Assembly (NCBI GenBank): GCA_051294905.1
Contig: CM119372.1
Location: 32,986,001-33,050,000 of the forward strand
DNA: 64,000 bases
Source of the DNA: Botryllus schlosseri
Taxonomy: Eukaryota
Reading direction: 5' to 3'
Every line of letters begins with the position of its first letter. Position 1 is the first letter of the stretch. A model generated the notes under the pieces. It was not told the DNA's origin and made no database searches. It saw nothing but the letters and a program-made list of their open reading frames with translations. Below are positions 11,872 through 25,596 of this stretch, in pieces. Made by a program: the position numbers and the translations under genes.

Positions 11872-12873
11872 CGTCGGCTTTTGGTCGATTGTGGCACTGT
11901 CTCATGCTTCACCACTGTGACGCGTTTATTTGCCAGGCATTACCGGAGGTGGTCACTGGGTCAGTTTTAAATACTTGTACCTAGCCTACTCTTAATGGAT
12001 AATCACTTAGCTTTTGTGTGCTTGCAGACTGCTTCCGCTGAACGGTTTCAAAACTTCATACTTTTCACACTTTAGATTTTGTTTAGTGTAAAGTAGTTTA
12101 AGGCTATGTTTGTGTCACAGCGACTGAATATATATTTGAAATTGTGGCTATTCGTAGTGTTTTTTTGTCGCAAAGATGCACCAGCCATTTCAAAAGCAAC
12201 CACCTCGGATTACATGCTGAAAGTAATTGACCCCTTGATCAAATCTACATTTTCGAGCTGCCTAGTTGAGTACTATTAAAGCCTTTATTTTGTACTTCGA
12301 TTTGAAGTAGTTTGGACATGTCTTTGAAATCATTACTTCTTTTTGTAATTGAGCAGGAATTTCCAGTTTTACTTCTACTCCAATTCTTACTACTTTATGT
12401 TGACCACCTCTGGGCTTCACATACAATCTTTCGATGACTATCAACTGTCCTCGAATTTATCTTGTTTACCGTGCTGCTACCTCTTTGTCTCGGGTGCTAT
12501 GGGGAACGTATTGCATCATTTACTATTTCTACATGGGCTTTATGACCTTTGACGGCTGAGTGAGTCGATTATGTGTCAAGCGTTGGTTGCTTAATCGGGC
12601 ATCATTCCTAGGTAACTTCACGGGTGGACACATATTTGTTAATTTTCCGCTGTCTGAAACTATAGCCTATTATGCATTTTGCAACTTTGGGAAATATTGG
12701 CATGGCAATGGGTGTACTTTTACGGTACCGTAGTTGCTGTTTTTAGGCTGCAGTTGACTCGACAATTTCGTATCCTTTCACAGCAGCCCTGTTATCATTA
12801 TTTCTCGTATTTGTGATTTATTTATTATGAACCAAACTAACTTGGTGCCATTAACTTTCAACAAGAGACACTT

Positions 12874-14604
12874 GGGTAATTTCCTGCCAAATCAACAAGG
12901 GGGTTGCACCAAGGTTGGAGAATTTATATGAGATTTGGCACACTGGCTGATGTAGCTTTAGACAGGCCAAATCCAAATTTTTTTTTGAAAAATTCTGAAA
13001 AAGTACCAAGTGATGATGCTTCAAAGTTTGCACATTTTCCTTGTCACACTTCATTGAACACTGTCAATAATTTTTTCAATGTCATAATTTTAAAGGTAAA
13101 AAGCCGTCAGCGTGGCTGAAATTTGGGGACATGATGCTACTGCTATCCAAGAATTCTTAAATTGATGGCCCAAACATTTCAGAGTATGTTATCATAGAAA
13201 ATAATGTCACCAAAGACTCCTACTGCATGTTTTGGTACCGAAAGTTTACACTCCCATAAATAAAAAGGGGAAAAATTTTAGAAGCCTAAATTCTGGAAAA
13301 ATAATCTTGAATATATTGTCTTTCATTTAATATTGATTCAATTCATTAATTTCCAACTACACCAGTAAAAAACTTCAAATTAATAATTGGATTAGATAAA
13401 CAATGAACTAAAACTTTCAAGGCATTGTTCACTGTGATGTCACAATGCATGGACTGTTAAAGGAGGCTGAATGGAGTAAACTGGCCATGGGAATTAAAGT
13501 AAAGTTGTGGCTGAGTAACTAGTCCAATTTTAGTGATTGAGTGACTTTATTGTCTTAATTTCAACAGGTAAATAACTCATTTGAATGCATAGTTAGAAAG
13601 GTGATGTCTCAGCTTGAAAATTGCAGTATTGGAAGAAACTTGGAAGAAATTTGCCACAAATTACATTTTACCGCAAAAACCGGGTTGATAACTGTGCCAA
13701 GCTTATTTCATTGGCCAGCAAGAGAAGATATCTGCTATGTCCCATTTTCTCATATACTTCTTTGCATTGACATGCCTTCAACTTTAGTGGCAGGCAGTAC
13801 AAAGTACATGAAGACAATATCCAAAAAATACAGAACATTTTCCATGGATTGGGCAATTGAGATGCTTTTGTACAAGTATGCTACGAGATCAATTTCATTT
13901 TTTTTTAGTTATGTGGTATATGATTAGAGAAACTGTTGATTCCAGAGCAATTAGCATGGGAAATTTGGATTGAATTACATGTATTCATTTACAGTAGGCC
14001 TATACAACCATTTTATGTGAATTTCGTTTGTTAAGCTTGTTTGGTTTGTGACGTCATAATTGGAAATGCTAAAAATTCACAGTAATCAGAAATTGTCCAA
14101 TTTCCACCTGATAATGTGGAAATTAATTGTTCATTTTTTGTAGCAAGGTAGAATGCTCATTGAAAACCATTAATTCATGAAAATGACCTTAAATTTTTTT
14201 TCCCCTTTTCAGATATACCACATTCCATTCAAGCTGTAGGAAAATGAGAAGCTGCTATTCACAAGCCTCACTAACATGATATAGACTTCAAATGGTTCAT
14301 TCAGCTCACTTTATATGTTAGTCAGGCTCTTGAGGAGATTTCCACCAAATTTTAGGGTTATCAAACTATCATAGTAAGATATATTGCTGTTTCACTGCAG
14401 ATTTGATGAAAATCACTGAAGCGTGACATGCAAAAAGCATGATTTTGTGAGGAGTGTAACTCGGTCATCAGATTGAATTTGAGAAAAAAATTTTGGATTC
14501 CCTCATGATAATGACAAAAGAATCAATGTGCCAAATTTCATAGCCATCCATTAACCTTGGTGCTCATCTGAAAATAAATTTGCTCATTTGGCAGGAAATT
14601 ACCC
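12874..14604 (+). mobile_element. Internally deleted Sola2-like DNA transposon
   Basis: TIR GGGTAATTTCCTGCCAAAT at both ends with further subterminal inverted similarity; 4-bp TSD ACTT; transposase-like remnant FHWPAREDICYVPFSHIL at about 13705-13760. Confidence 0.7.
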
Positions 14605-16535
14605 ACTTGGAAGTTCAGAATGTCTTCTTGCAATAGATGTTGAGATGAAATCAATCTTAATTGATTGGAGGGAGTAAAGAATCAATTTTCAGTGCCTTGC
14701 TTGATGATTACAATCGATACTTGAACTACCCGGCTCTAGTAATAATGCACTTTTTCCGTGTCTTGTCGTTTCTATCGCCATTTATCCCTATGTTGATTCA
14801 CTGTTTAGTACACACCCCACTGACGCAGTTGCAAGCAATGACCCGACTGCAGTATTACATTGCTTTTGACATCTTCGCCATACTGATGGCTCGCTGTAGT
14901 TCTGTGGAGTGTGTTCAGCTATTATCGCTTTCTCTCAAATGAGCCATTGTAAGTATTAGTGTCTGTGTCGTAAAATATGCGAGGTACTTATTTGTTATTG
15001 CCACAAATTTTCAGTTTAAGTATTCTTATCCTTATTTAAGAGCTTCGAATTGAATAGCCTGCTTTCTTCAATTGGTCGTACAATGTTTCATTGTGGTCAA
15101 TCTAAACGCCTTATTTGAATATTATCTAATCTTGACCAATTCACATCTGCTGTTATAATGTTGCATCTTGCCGGAATAGATCTGTGTCCTACATGTATGG
15201 TTTGATTATCTTTCGAGAATGATACGGTACGACATTGAGATAGCCCGAAACTAATCAGACTAAATTACAATTTTGCCTCAGGATACTCAGAAAACTATTT
15301 AATATTAGAATATGAGTGCACGGTGGCTACTGTTTCATTCTGATGTGATATTTGCTTGCTACAATATAGGAGAGTGGTATCAGCACTGTTACTCTCTAGA
15401 CATCCTATTCCAAGAATGTGACAACCATACTGATCATTAAACTGCATAATATGAAACCTCACAGTGACAGGAAACTAGATCGAAGTCGTTCAAACCTCCC
15501 ATTCGCATGCTAACACCATTTCTTATTTGAGCAAGCCAACTCTCAAACGTACCAAATGCACAGAAGCTCTCGCTTTCTTTATTTCCCCATATGATGCTTG
15601 GGAATACAATCCATTATAATAAATACGAATGCAATTACAGGCGTGGTGAGGATCGTAAAACAAATGCATGATTGCTGTAAAGGGACAAAATGTTGTCAAG
15701 ATGAGCTACACAATCTGTCCCGGCTATGTTTGTTCATTTTGTATTACATTCTTACGACAATTCAAGTTAAATTTAGGTCATGCGTTAAGACTTCTTTAGT
15801 AGTATGCATCGCTATGACATAGTCACTTCATGACATAATGAGATACGGTATAGAACAGTTGGTATCAATCTTATGTATGGTTTTCGCGGGCCCCTTCTGG
15901 ACAGTCATGTCACACGGACCCCCAAAGTTTTAGTTGAAGTATTTTGCAACCATCATCTATCTGTCTTGTTTCAACAAAACATCTCTAAACGACATGTTTG
16001 TATCAGTAGGCTATTGGCAATTTTGCAATTAAAATGAGTTCGCTCAGTAGGATATTTCGCCTCAGAAGGTCATTCTGTTGATGAGAGTCCTGACGGCCTG
16101 CCTCATGATTTCTCTAATTTAAAGAAACACAAATTAGGTCATCAACCAGTTTGCAAATTTAGAGATTTCGCGGACCCCCGGTTGAGAAGGATATCCCTGG
16201 GGTATGAAAGCATCCGAGGAGAGCGCGAAGCCGCCTGTCAGAAATGATGTTTCGGCAATAATACTAGTTACATTTTGATTTTAAATGTCATAATTACATC
16301 GTAACATCCGTACACCGATGCTAGATTTACATCCAGCTCAAAATTATTGCTAAACGTGTAGTCTGGATTTCATATTGAGGAGTTACTTGATCAATGGTCA
16401 TAACTAGGGCAAGTGTTTGCAACTTTTTTGTACAGCTTCCTAGATACTCAGATTCTATGTACTATGATGTTTTAAGCTGTTTGGAGGGATTTTTTACTGG
16501 AATGTAAAGGACTTGAGTTAAAACATGCTATAGAT

Positions 16536-17733
16536 CAGGGGTTCTCAACCCGCGGGCCGCATGCGGCCCACAGACGATTCTTTTGCGGCCCGCGACATCT
16601 TTCAATATAATCACTACTGGCCCCGTATTGTTATGGAAGACCGATGTGTCACATTTGTCGAAGAACAGTTGTTGTAACAAAGCCTAGAAGCTTGAAATGA
16701 TAGCACGATAGTTTCATCTGGAGTTATACATATCAAACGTTGCTAGCTTGGTTTCAAGCCCAGCAATCCATATTTCGAATCATTTTTAAAATTGCCGACG
16801 ACGTGACAGGCGCATTGTTCAAAATTGCTTGGAATATCGCTAAACCCAAGAATCTGCTAAAGAAGGTATGACTTCAATAAAACTTTAACGTACTGTGCGA
16901 ATATTCGCTGTTTCCGGAACTTAAGCAGCAAGTCTTACATCACCTGACAAATTTCGAAGCTACAGTTGTCTGATTCAACAGTCACCAGACGAGTAACAAC
17001 GATATCAGTCGATCTTTTATCGCATGTTCTGTAACACGTTGCCACGTAGACTACTTTAGCCTATAGCATTGGCCCTGTCCATCGATGCAAAAAGTGCACA
17101 CACATTGCATAGCTAATTATCCAGGGGCTTTTTATCAGAGTGAGCATGGGCATATTTCCAGAGGAAATGCTGACGGGGCGAACGTGGAAAGGGGACCAGG
17201 ACATCAATTTGACAAAGCTGACTTCTGCAACTATTGGTGTAGGGTTCCAGCCATGGAAGGAAAGGAGGAGAGTTGATTGATTTGCTCAGAAATGACCCCC
17301 CAACGTCTTAATTCTTCTCATATCACTGAGAGCTCAAAGTGATAATGACCTCAGTAACGAAAAAGTCACCGTAATTTTATACTTGCTCGCTCACGCATTG
17401 AAACAGAGAGTTCGGTTCTCTTGTGGTGGAAGGGTTTGAAGGGTGCATATACTATACCGACATGGCAACGAATGGAATGTACGCTCCATGAAGGGATTTA
17501 CTTGCGCCACTTGAAGATCGATATTCTCACAAAAAACAGCAACTGCAAACTTACGAACGCTCTCCATTAATGCTTTAGAATGCATAAAAACGTACTAAAT
17601 GCCCGAATATGACTGCTAAATAGGCCTAAATTTAATAGTAGCCCACAAGTACATGGTGATAATGTTCTGCGGCCCGCAGCGTCTTTTAGTGTGAAAATGC
17701 GGCCCGTTATACGAGGGAAGTTGAGAACCCCTG
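16536..17733 (+). mobile_element. hAT (Charlie/Buster-like) deletion derivative
   Basis: TIR CAGGGGTTCTCAAC / GTTGAGAACCCCTG; TSD CTATAGAT/CTATAGAC; GCGGCCC subterminal motifs; decayed transposase-like fragments inside. Confidence 0.85.
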
Positions 17734-18025
17734 CTATAGACTATTTGTAGTATGATTCTATTCTATTCTGCAAGCAGGAATTTCAACTACCCCTGCCAAG
17801 CACGACCGTGGCAAGAACAATAAGGTATATAGATCGCTTTATTAATTCTGTCGTTAAATTTTGAGATAGTTTCCCATTTCATGAACGCCCAGACGACACC
17901 GCCAAAAAATGCATTTTCACTGGGTCGCCTTTTTTAGACACTGGGTCGCCAAGAGTGAGTTCTTCTGCAATGCCTTGTGTCAAGTTATACAAAGGAACCT
18001 TGCGAGTATCTCATACACTAATAAC

Positions 18026-18989
18026 CAGTGTTGGGATCAAGTCACTACCTTCGAGTCACGAGTCATCTCCAGTCATTGCACATTTGATTCGAGTCAAGTC
18101 AATCGATTTTCAAGAGTGACTCGAGTCAAGTCAAGTCACTCGTTTTTTGGAGAGTCAAGTCAAGTCACGAGTCAAGTCACAATCCAAGTCAAATTGAATT
18201 TTTGAAGTATACGAGTGATGATTGAAAGTCATTTACATTTTGCTAGCTGTGTGAAAGACGGATTAATTGATCATTCATCTTGATTCAAATAACGAATATA
18301 GTTATAAATATACATGCAAAAAGACGCTGTATCCCTCACGCACACGTAGCACTGCTAATAAGATAAGGAAGTAACTGTACAGCTACATGATACAGTCAGT
18401 TATTATCATCCAAAATATAGGACCTAATGCGAAGCTTCGAGATTGATATGGTACAATAGCCTACACTACCCGTTTACACATCCGTGAGAATATAAATGCA
18501 CTTGCACAAACTATATTTGTTCGATTTAAATCATACAAGAGCAGGGTTGGTTAATATTAGCACTGCGCAACGTAAGCATCGAGCCGTCTAAGAAACGGAG
18601 ACACATTGCTATTTAGATTAATCTTCTACTATTATTTCGACAACGTAAGCTGTGATCGTTTAGTTGCGGTCAATGTATATGTGATGTAACAATGGAGGAT
18701 CAGTGTAACGTAGAATCGGTGAATGACTGGTATCTCTCACAAGTGACACCGGCGTATCTCGAACAATCCGGACATATATAAGATACAGTGATTTATTCGA
18801 CAGCGTTTACTTGATGACTTGAAATTAACTCGTAAATTTTACTACGAGTCACGAGTCAATGCCCATTTTTGAAGCTCCGAGTCAAGTCAAATCATTTTTC
18901 CAAAGTGACTCGAGTCAAGTCAATTCCTACGAAAAAGTTGACTCGAGTCTGACTCGAGTCAAGTCATGACTCCAGTCATCCAAACACTG
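18026..18989 (+). mobile_element. Non-autonomous hAT element, GACTCGAGTCAAGTCAA family, copy 1
   Basis: Termini CAGTGTTGG...AAACACTG; TSD CTAATAAC/CTAATGAT; homologous to 19144-20903 and 26623-27590. Confidence 0.85.
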
Positions 18990-19314
18990 CTAATGATGCA
19001 ACAAAAATTATAAATGCAACTTTTGTTCAAATTAAGTGCAAATTTCTCGCAATTTTAGTGCAACAAAAACGTGCCCTAGTCATAACCTTCCATTCCATCA
19101 AACTATACGTTGGGATCGCAAACATTCTGGTTGCTCTTTCTAACAGTGTTGGGATCAAGTCACTACCTTCGAGTCACGAGTCATCTCGAGTCATTGCACA
19201 TTTTGACTCGAGTCAAGTCAAGTCAATCGATTTTCAAAGATGACTCGAGTCAAGTCAAGTCACTCGTTTTTTGGAGGTGACTCGAGTCAAGTCAAGTCAA
19301 GTCAAGTCACGAGT

Positions 19315-19710
19315 CATCATCATTGGTTTATTAGCAATTTTATCAGTTCAATACACCACAAAAAATGCGATACAATGAAAAGACAGGAAGATGTCGAAGC
19401 GACAAGGAGTAGTCTATGGAATCTGACACCCACCTTGGCCTAGGCGATGTAAAGAGGAGGCATGCACACTGAATGAAAGTAAAGAAGATAGTATAGAAAA
19501 AGAATGCGACAAGAAATAGGGCGGCATGTCATGGGAAGCGAGATCGATAGGTCAGTCGTGGTCCGGTAATCTTGAGGATGGATTGTATTTATTTAGTAGT
19601 AATTGCTTGTATTTCGACTTGAATGTGGACATGCTCGTCGACTGTCGGATGGCCGGCGGGATACTGTTCCACACATCAGGTCCGGCATATTTGATGGAGC
19701 GATGATCTTT
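19315..19710 (-). mobile_element. 5'-truncated CR1/L2-group LINE 3' end
   Basis: Minus strand reads HRSIKYAGPDVWNSIPPAIRQSTSMSTFKSKYKQLLL, a typical ORF2 C-terminus, then AATAAA and a (TGA)n tail. Confidence 0.75.
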
Positions 19711-19924
19711 TCAAGTCACAATTCAAGTCATATTGAATTTTCGAAGTATGAGTGATCATTCAAATTCATTATCTTTTAATAGCTGTGTTAAAGAGATCAA
19801 TTGGTCATTAATCTTGAATTAAATAACGAATTTAAAGTTAAATATACATGCAAAAATGCGTTGTATCGCTCATACGCACACGTAGAACTGCTAATAAAAT
19901 ATGTCAGTAACTGTATAGCTACGA

Positions 19925-20312
19925 CTCGGTGTCAAACATACGACTCGCCAAATGATTTCATTCAGCCCGCGAAAGACATTCTGAGTAGGCTATATGTTGA
20001 AAATTGCGTGATTTTATCCAACACATTTCTCGAATTTCTAGTAAGAAATACTACTAATAAATATTCCTTCAAGATAGCAAATGTCGAGTATATTCATAGG
20101 CCACATTACAACCACCCGACAGCGGCGTTGTGATTGTAGTCATCGTCAGGAGAAAATCGCTGACATTGACACCCAATTCCGAGAATGCGAAAAAGTGCAT
20201 ATATTGAGTTAAGAGTTATAGTAATATTGTGGAATCATTTGACTGGTGCGGCCCGCGAGTGATCTGAATATTTGAATTCGACCCGCGACGTCAATTGAGT
20301 TTGACAACTCTG
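19925..20312. mobile_element. Degenerate hAT-Charlie-like MITE nested in copy 2
   Basis: GTGTCAAAC...GTTTGACA ends, GCGGCCCGCG motifs, AGCTAC duplicated on both flanks. Confidence 0.6.
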
Positions 20313-21702
20313 AGCTACATGCTACATTCTCTTATTATCAGCCAAAATAGAGGATCGAATACGAAGCCTCGAGAAGATGGAAGAAATTGATATTGTACAA
20401 TACACTGGCCATCTATACACACCCGTGTGGATATGAATGCATAAAATGTATTTGTTCGATTTAAACCATACAAGAGGGTTGGTAAAGGTGAGCACCGTGC
20501 AATGTAAGAACAGAGCCGTCCAATAAACAGCGTTGCTATCAGATTAATCTGCTACTACGACAACGCAAGCTGTGATCATTTCGTTTGCGGTCAATGTATT
20601 TGTGAAGTAACAATGTAGGATCAGTGAAACGTACAACCAGTGCATGACTGGTTGCTCTCACAAGTCACAACGGCGTACCGTGAATGATCCGGACATGCAG
20701 AAATACATTGATTTAGTCGACACCGTTTACTTGATGACTTGAAATTGACTCGTAAATTTTGCTCCGAGTCACGAGTCAATCCACAGTTTTGAAGCGCCGA
20801 GTCAAGTCAAGTCAAGTCATTTTTGCAAAGTGACTCGAGTCAAGTCAAGTCATTCGAAAAAGTTGACTCGAGTCAAGTCATGACTCGAGTCATCCCAACA
20901 CTGCTTTCTAATATTTTTTGATTTTACGATTAAAGGGGACGCGAAAGTATTCCTTATCTTCAAGGGGGGCGTGTCTATAAAGTTCGAGAACCACTGCTCT
21001 ATATGGTCCATGAAACAGCAGGAGCAGGAGTCGATTTGAGTCACAATTAGGAATCGTTAGCTGGGTGAGGAGGTGAGACTCCTCAGTCCTGTACCGGGGA
21101 TCGGTTCTTAACCCTACGTTAGTAGCCTGGGGTGTTTCAACACCCCAGTAAAATATATTTGCTTGTAACTTTTTTTTGGAAGAGCTTGCATCATTGTTCT
21201 TTTCAGTACCTTCCTAAATATTACTGCTTGGTAATCCCTGAAAATTTCACGGTCCTGGGCCTATTTCTTCCCATCGTTTTTGAGGAACTGTTTATTACCC
21301 CTAAGATACTCAAATTGGTGGTAGAAAATACTAACATGATTATTCATAAGTAAAAAGATATAAAACTATACCCTAAAAAGAAAAAAAAGCCTAGTGATGA
21401 TATAGAAGTGCAAGCGCTCGTTGTCAAATACTTTTAGCTGGTAACTTTCACTAGAACAGAATAAAACTTGATGTTTTATGGAAAAGTCTTGAAACTGATA
21501 GAGACATTTATTGACTCCCAATGTCACTGTGCGGTTTCTGATTTTACTGCGTTACAAACGGTTTGTTGACAAACCATACGTACCTCCAAGAAGGTTATTA
21601 GATAAGCCTGCCCGAATAACAGACATTGTATATATATATATCGACTTTTCAATTAGATAAAATAAAAAGGGCAGAAGAAAACAGGAAACAAGACAACATC
21701 GA

Positions 21703-22995
21703 AATAATCAGTTTTGGGCTCGTGTTAAGCGTCTCCAACGTAGGTGGTCGTGGGCGTCTTCAAGCGACAGCCCGAGTTGCGCTAGATCAGTCTCCATTGT
21801 CGAGCGCCATGTTTTCCGATTCCAGCCACCTCTGCGCCATGGCTCCGTGGGAATGTGATTGATGATGGCGGCGACTGGTTGCTCGTCTTGATGCCGCACT
21901 ATAGATGGCCGATTAGGAGGAAGCGTCGTTCAGCTGCCAGTAGCCGGCATGGGACCGTTCCTGTGAGTTCTCGCAATGCATTCGTGGATATAAGCTCCGG
22001 ATGGTGAATGCCGAGTGCATAGCGGAGGAGTGCGTCGTAGTTAGCGTTGAGATTCTTAGCCAGCTTCTCTGTCAGCGTGAGTGCCTCTATTCCGTAGAGA
22101 AGAACCTGCTCGACAGTGGCACGGAAGATACGGGTCTTGAGCTGGGTTGAGGCACTTGAATGGAAGAGGCTATATGTAGCCGTCTTGCCGCGCCCCAGGC
22201 CTTTGCTCGCCTCGCCTTGGGCGCTTTTCCAGAGTCAGCGACGTCAATACCGAGGTATACAAAACTCGTTACATACTTGAGATCGATTTCTCCCAGTTGA
22301 ATTGGTGTCGCGTTCTCCGGTAGAGCTGGTACGGCCAGAACCTCAGTCTTCTTGGCGTTGATCTGGAGGCCAACAAGAGCGGCGGCCGCCTCTAGCTGGT
22401 TAATGAGGCGCTGTGCCGATGCGGTGTTCGGGGCAAGCAAGGCTAGGTCGTCTGCGTAGGCAAGAATACCTACGTGGATTGCCTCGCGAGTCGTACGCTT
22501 GCGCGTTCCTTGCCGTGGCCGCCATTCAAAGATTCAAAGAAGCTCGTATTATCCGGAAAGGCCGTTCGTAGCACGAAGTCAAGGATGACCACGAACAAGA
22601 ATGGTGCCAGGGTGTCACCTTGAAGCACACCAGCCGAAGTGTTGAAATCTCCGCTTGGGCCGTCATCTGTTCGGACTCGCGCTCGTGTGTCAGTGTAGAG
22701 GCCCATAATGGCGTACGTTATCACCTCAGGAATTCCATTGAATCTGAAGATCTCCGCCATGGCTGGGCGCGAGACCGAGTCGAAGGCTTTCGCGAAATCA
22801 ACGAAGACGGCCACAACATTCTTTTTGTGTGAGCGGCAGGTGTCAATGATTGTGCGCAGTGTCAAGATGTGCTCTGTTGTACCGCGAGATGATCGAAATC
22901 CATTCTGAGCATTCAGGAGCTTGGTAGAGAGTTGCTCACGTATGCGAAGGAACAGTACTCGGTCGAACAGCTTGGCAGCGGTCTGCATCAATGAG
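21703..22995 (-). mobile_element. 5'-truncated RTE-clade LINE reverse transcriptase remnant
   Basis: QNGFR, FVDFAKAFDSV, GVLQGDTLAPFLF, YADDLALL, GLQINAKKT and FVYLG motifs, with frameshifts. Confidence 0.88.
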
Positions 22996-23803
22996 CATTG
23001 TGGAGTATTTCGAACGATTATTTACGATCGTAGTTTGTAACAATTGATGACACAGTTATTGTCTTCGAGGGCAAATCAGACAATAAATGACTACAAAAAA
23101 CTAGCTGAGTATGGAATAAAGATGCAGCAATTAGCCGATGCTAATCCCTATTATATTTGCAAAATTAACATTTATGCAGGAAAACAATCTGAGTTCAAGT
23201 CGTCAAAAGTCAAAATCAAAAATTCCGCCTTTGTAGAACGCAGCATATTTGTGTCCTTGATTTTGTGCGGCACATATACCGACTCACGATACACATACAC
23301 ACGATCTGTATATATGCATACCAGAAGTTCATGATGTGCTTAGGCATATGCCGCTAGAGAAGGAAGGCGCAAATATAGCCCTTGTAAGGCTTTCCAAGTC
23401 TGTTACCACCCCTCTCGGTTTAGAACCCCTAACCTATACTCAAATTAGTGATAGAAAATACTAACATGATTATTTATAAGTCAAAAGATATAACTATACT
23501 CTAAAAAGAAAACAAGGGCATGGTGATAATGTAGAAATGGAAGCGATCATTGTTTAATACTTCTAGCTAGTAACTATCACTAAAACAGAATTAAACTCGA
23601 GGATTTATGGGAAAGTGATGAAACTGGTATGGCATATTTTTGTCCTTGATATTTGTGCAGCACATACACCGACTCGCGATACACATACACACGATCTGTG
23701 CATTTGCATACAATGAATGCATGATGAGCTTCGGCATATGCCGCTGGAGAAAGAAGGTGCAAATATAGCACTGTAAAAGGCTTTCCAAGTCTGGTACCAC
23801 CCC

Positions 23804-23950
23804 TCCATGCTATCAAGGTAATGCTGAGCGCCAAGCGGGGAAGCCATAAATACCAGTGTCACTAATCAGGTCTCCATGGTCTGACCCGGCCCGGGATTGA
23901 ACCCACGACCTACCGATCAAGAAACTGGACGCTTCACCATAACGCTAACT
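23804..23950 (-). mobile_element. tRNA-derived SINE with a Meta-domain-like core, 3'-truncated
   Basis: Minus strand has A box TAGCGTTATGG, B box GGTTCAATCC and core ...GCTTGGCGCTCAGCA...GATAGCATGGA; homologous to 35604-35869. Confidence 0.75.
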
Positions 23951-24262
23951 TGTCGTTATCAGTATCTCATCCACCATTCGCTATATTTGATGTAGTTAGT
24001 AGACTTTATTTAAGAATCTCAGGATCAGGAAGAAATTATACATCTGAAAATAACTGGTGTACCTTTAGCCCAATTTTCTTCAGCTTTGATATTTCTTCAG
24101 AGCTTTGAGCTTGTTTGCAAGATGTGTCATTGTATTCCGACATTCGTCATACAATTTTTGATGGCCAAAATGCAATTTCTGGTAATAAATAACCGATTTT
24201 GTGATGGGGTGTCAAAACACCCCACGGTACTAACGGTGTTTACAATTTGCCAGGGTACTAAC

Positions 24263-25596
24263 CAGGGCTTTGGAGCAGCCGTAAATGTTAACTGCTCCAG
24301 CTCCGGCTCCGGAGCTTTCTTCTATCATACATTAGCTCCGGCTCCAGCTCCGGAGCCGCATTATCACCACTGCTCCGGCTCCAGCTCCGGCTCCGGCTCT
24401 GAAAGTTACCGAATGGGTCTGTCTATATCAGGGGTGGCCAACCCGCAGGCCAAATGTGGCCAAATGTGGCCCGCGAGAGGGATTTGAGTGGCCCGCGAGA
24501 TAATTTCGTATTATATTATCGAAATCCTGTTATATTATCGAAAATGATTTGCTCAGATTATAAACTTGCAAGGCCAACCAAACATTACAAGTCTGGCTGC
24601 GACATTCGGGATGTTGATGACTAAATATCAGTTCCGACGCATTGGCAGATCCAGGGTCCAGTCACATTTTTAGTAAATCGTCGTACATTACAATAATCTG
24701 AAATAGTAGTGAAATTTTTATTTACGCTTCGCGCGTTTAATTGTCACACGATTTCTTTCTCGATTTTTTGCTTGGTAGCCTACCCCTTCCTAAAAATGAA
24801 AAAAGCGCCCAATTTACCCGATTGAGTCTAACTGTATTCGCAATTACGGGAGAAAGTCTTTTCGCGTTTGCGCTCGCAGAAAGATCGTCGACGATGAAAT
24901 GTAAGCACAAAATGATCGTCGCATATTACCGGAAACCTTCGATATCGATGTGTCCAGACACCGAATAGTCGTGTCCTTGCAAACTGCGCCCAGCGGGCGG
25001 TATACAGTAGACCCGCAATATACTCAAGTAATAATATTATTGACCTCGTTCATTTACCAACTTTGAAAGTTTTACCCGCTTGGCGCGGCTATTGGACCGC
25101 GCACTCGTTTGTCAATTGCATGTGCCCCTTCAGCCGAAAAGGTTGGCCATCCTTGGTCTATATAGATTACTAATCTACCCATAGGTTAGTTATCTATAGT
25201 AATCTAGAGTCTGTCAGCCGTCAGTAACATCGGATGCAGCAACGAAGACATAGGTGCCGCCGTGCCGGCTTGTGACCTCATAATAAATACTTGTTAATTG
25301 TCGATAACATCATAGTTGCACTAGAATGCACTTTACTCCATGTCATTGCTGTGTACAGCATTAAACTTCACGCCTGCTGCTAAATTATGTGGAATCAGCA
25401 GATATAGTTATTGCATGTATAATAGCATCTTATGAAATACGTCGGAGCCGGAGCAACTCCTCAAATAACGGGCTCCAGCTCCGGCTCCGGCTCCAGCTGA
25501 ATTTTATGTGGAGCTCCGGCTCCGGCTCCAGCTCCGGTGAAAATGCACGGCTCCGGGGCTCCGGCTCCTTGCTCCGGCTCCGGCTCCAAAGCCCTG
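24263..25596. mobile_element. Non-autonomous hAT element with (GGCTCC)n subterminal repeats, inserted in the piggyBac right end
   Basis: TIR CAGGGCTTTGGAGC/GCTCCAAAGCCCTG; TSD GTACTAAC/G-ACTAAC. Confidence 0.85.
24429..25155. mobile_element. hAT-Charlie-like MITE
   Basis: CAGGGGTGGCCAACC / GGTTGGCCATCCTTG; exact TSD GTCTATAT. Confidence 0.85.

Larger units (their letters stand above)
19144..20903 (+). mobile_element. Non-autonomous hAT element, GACTCGAGTC family, copy 2, with nested insertions
   Basis: TIR CAGTGTTGGGAT/ATCCCAACACTG; exact TSD CTTTCTAA. Confidence 0.9.
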
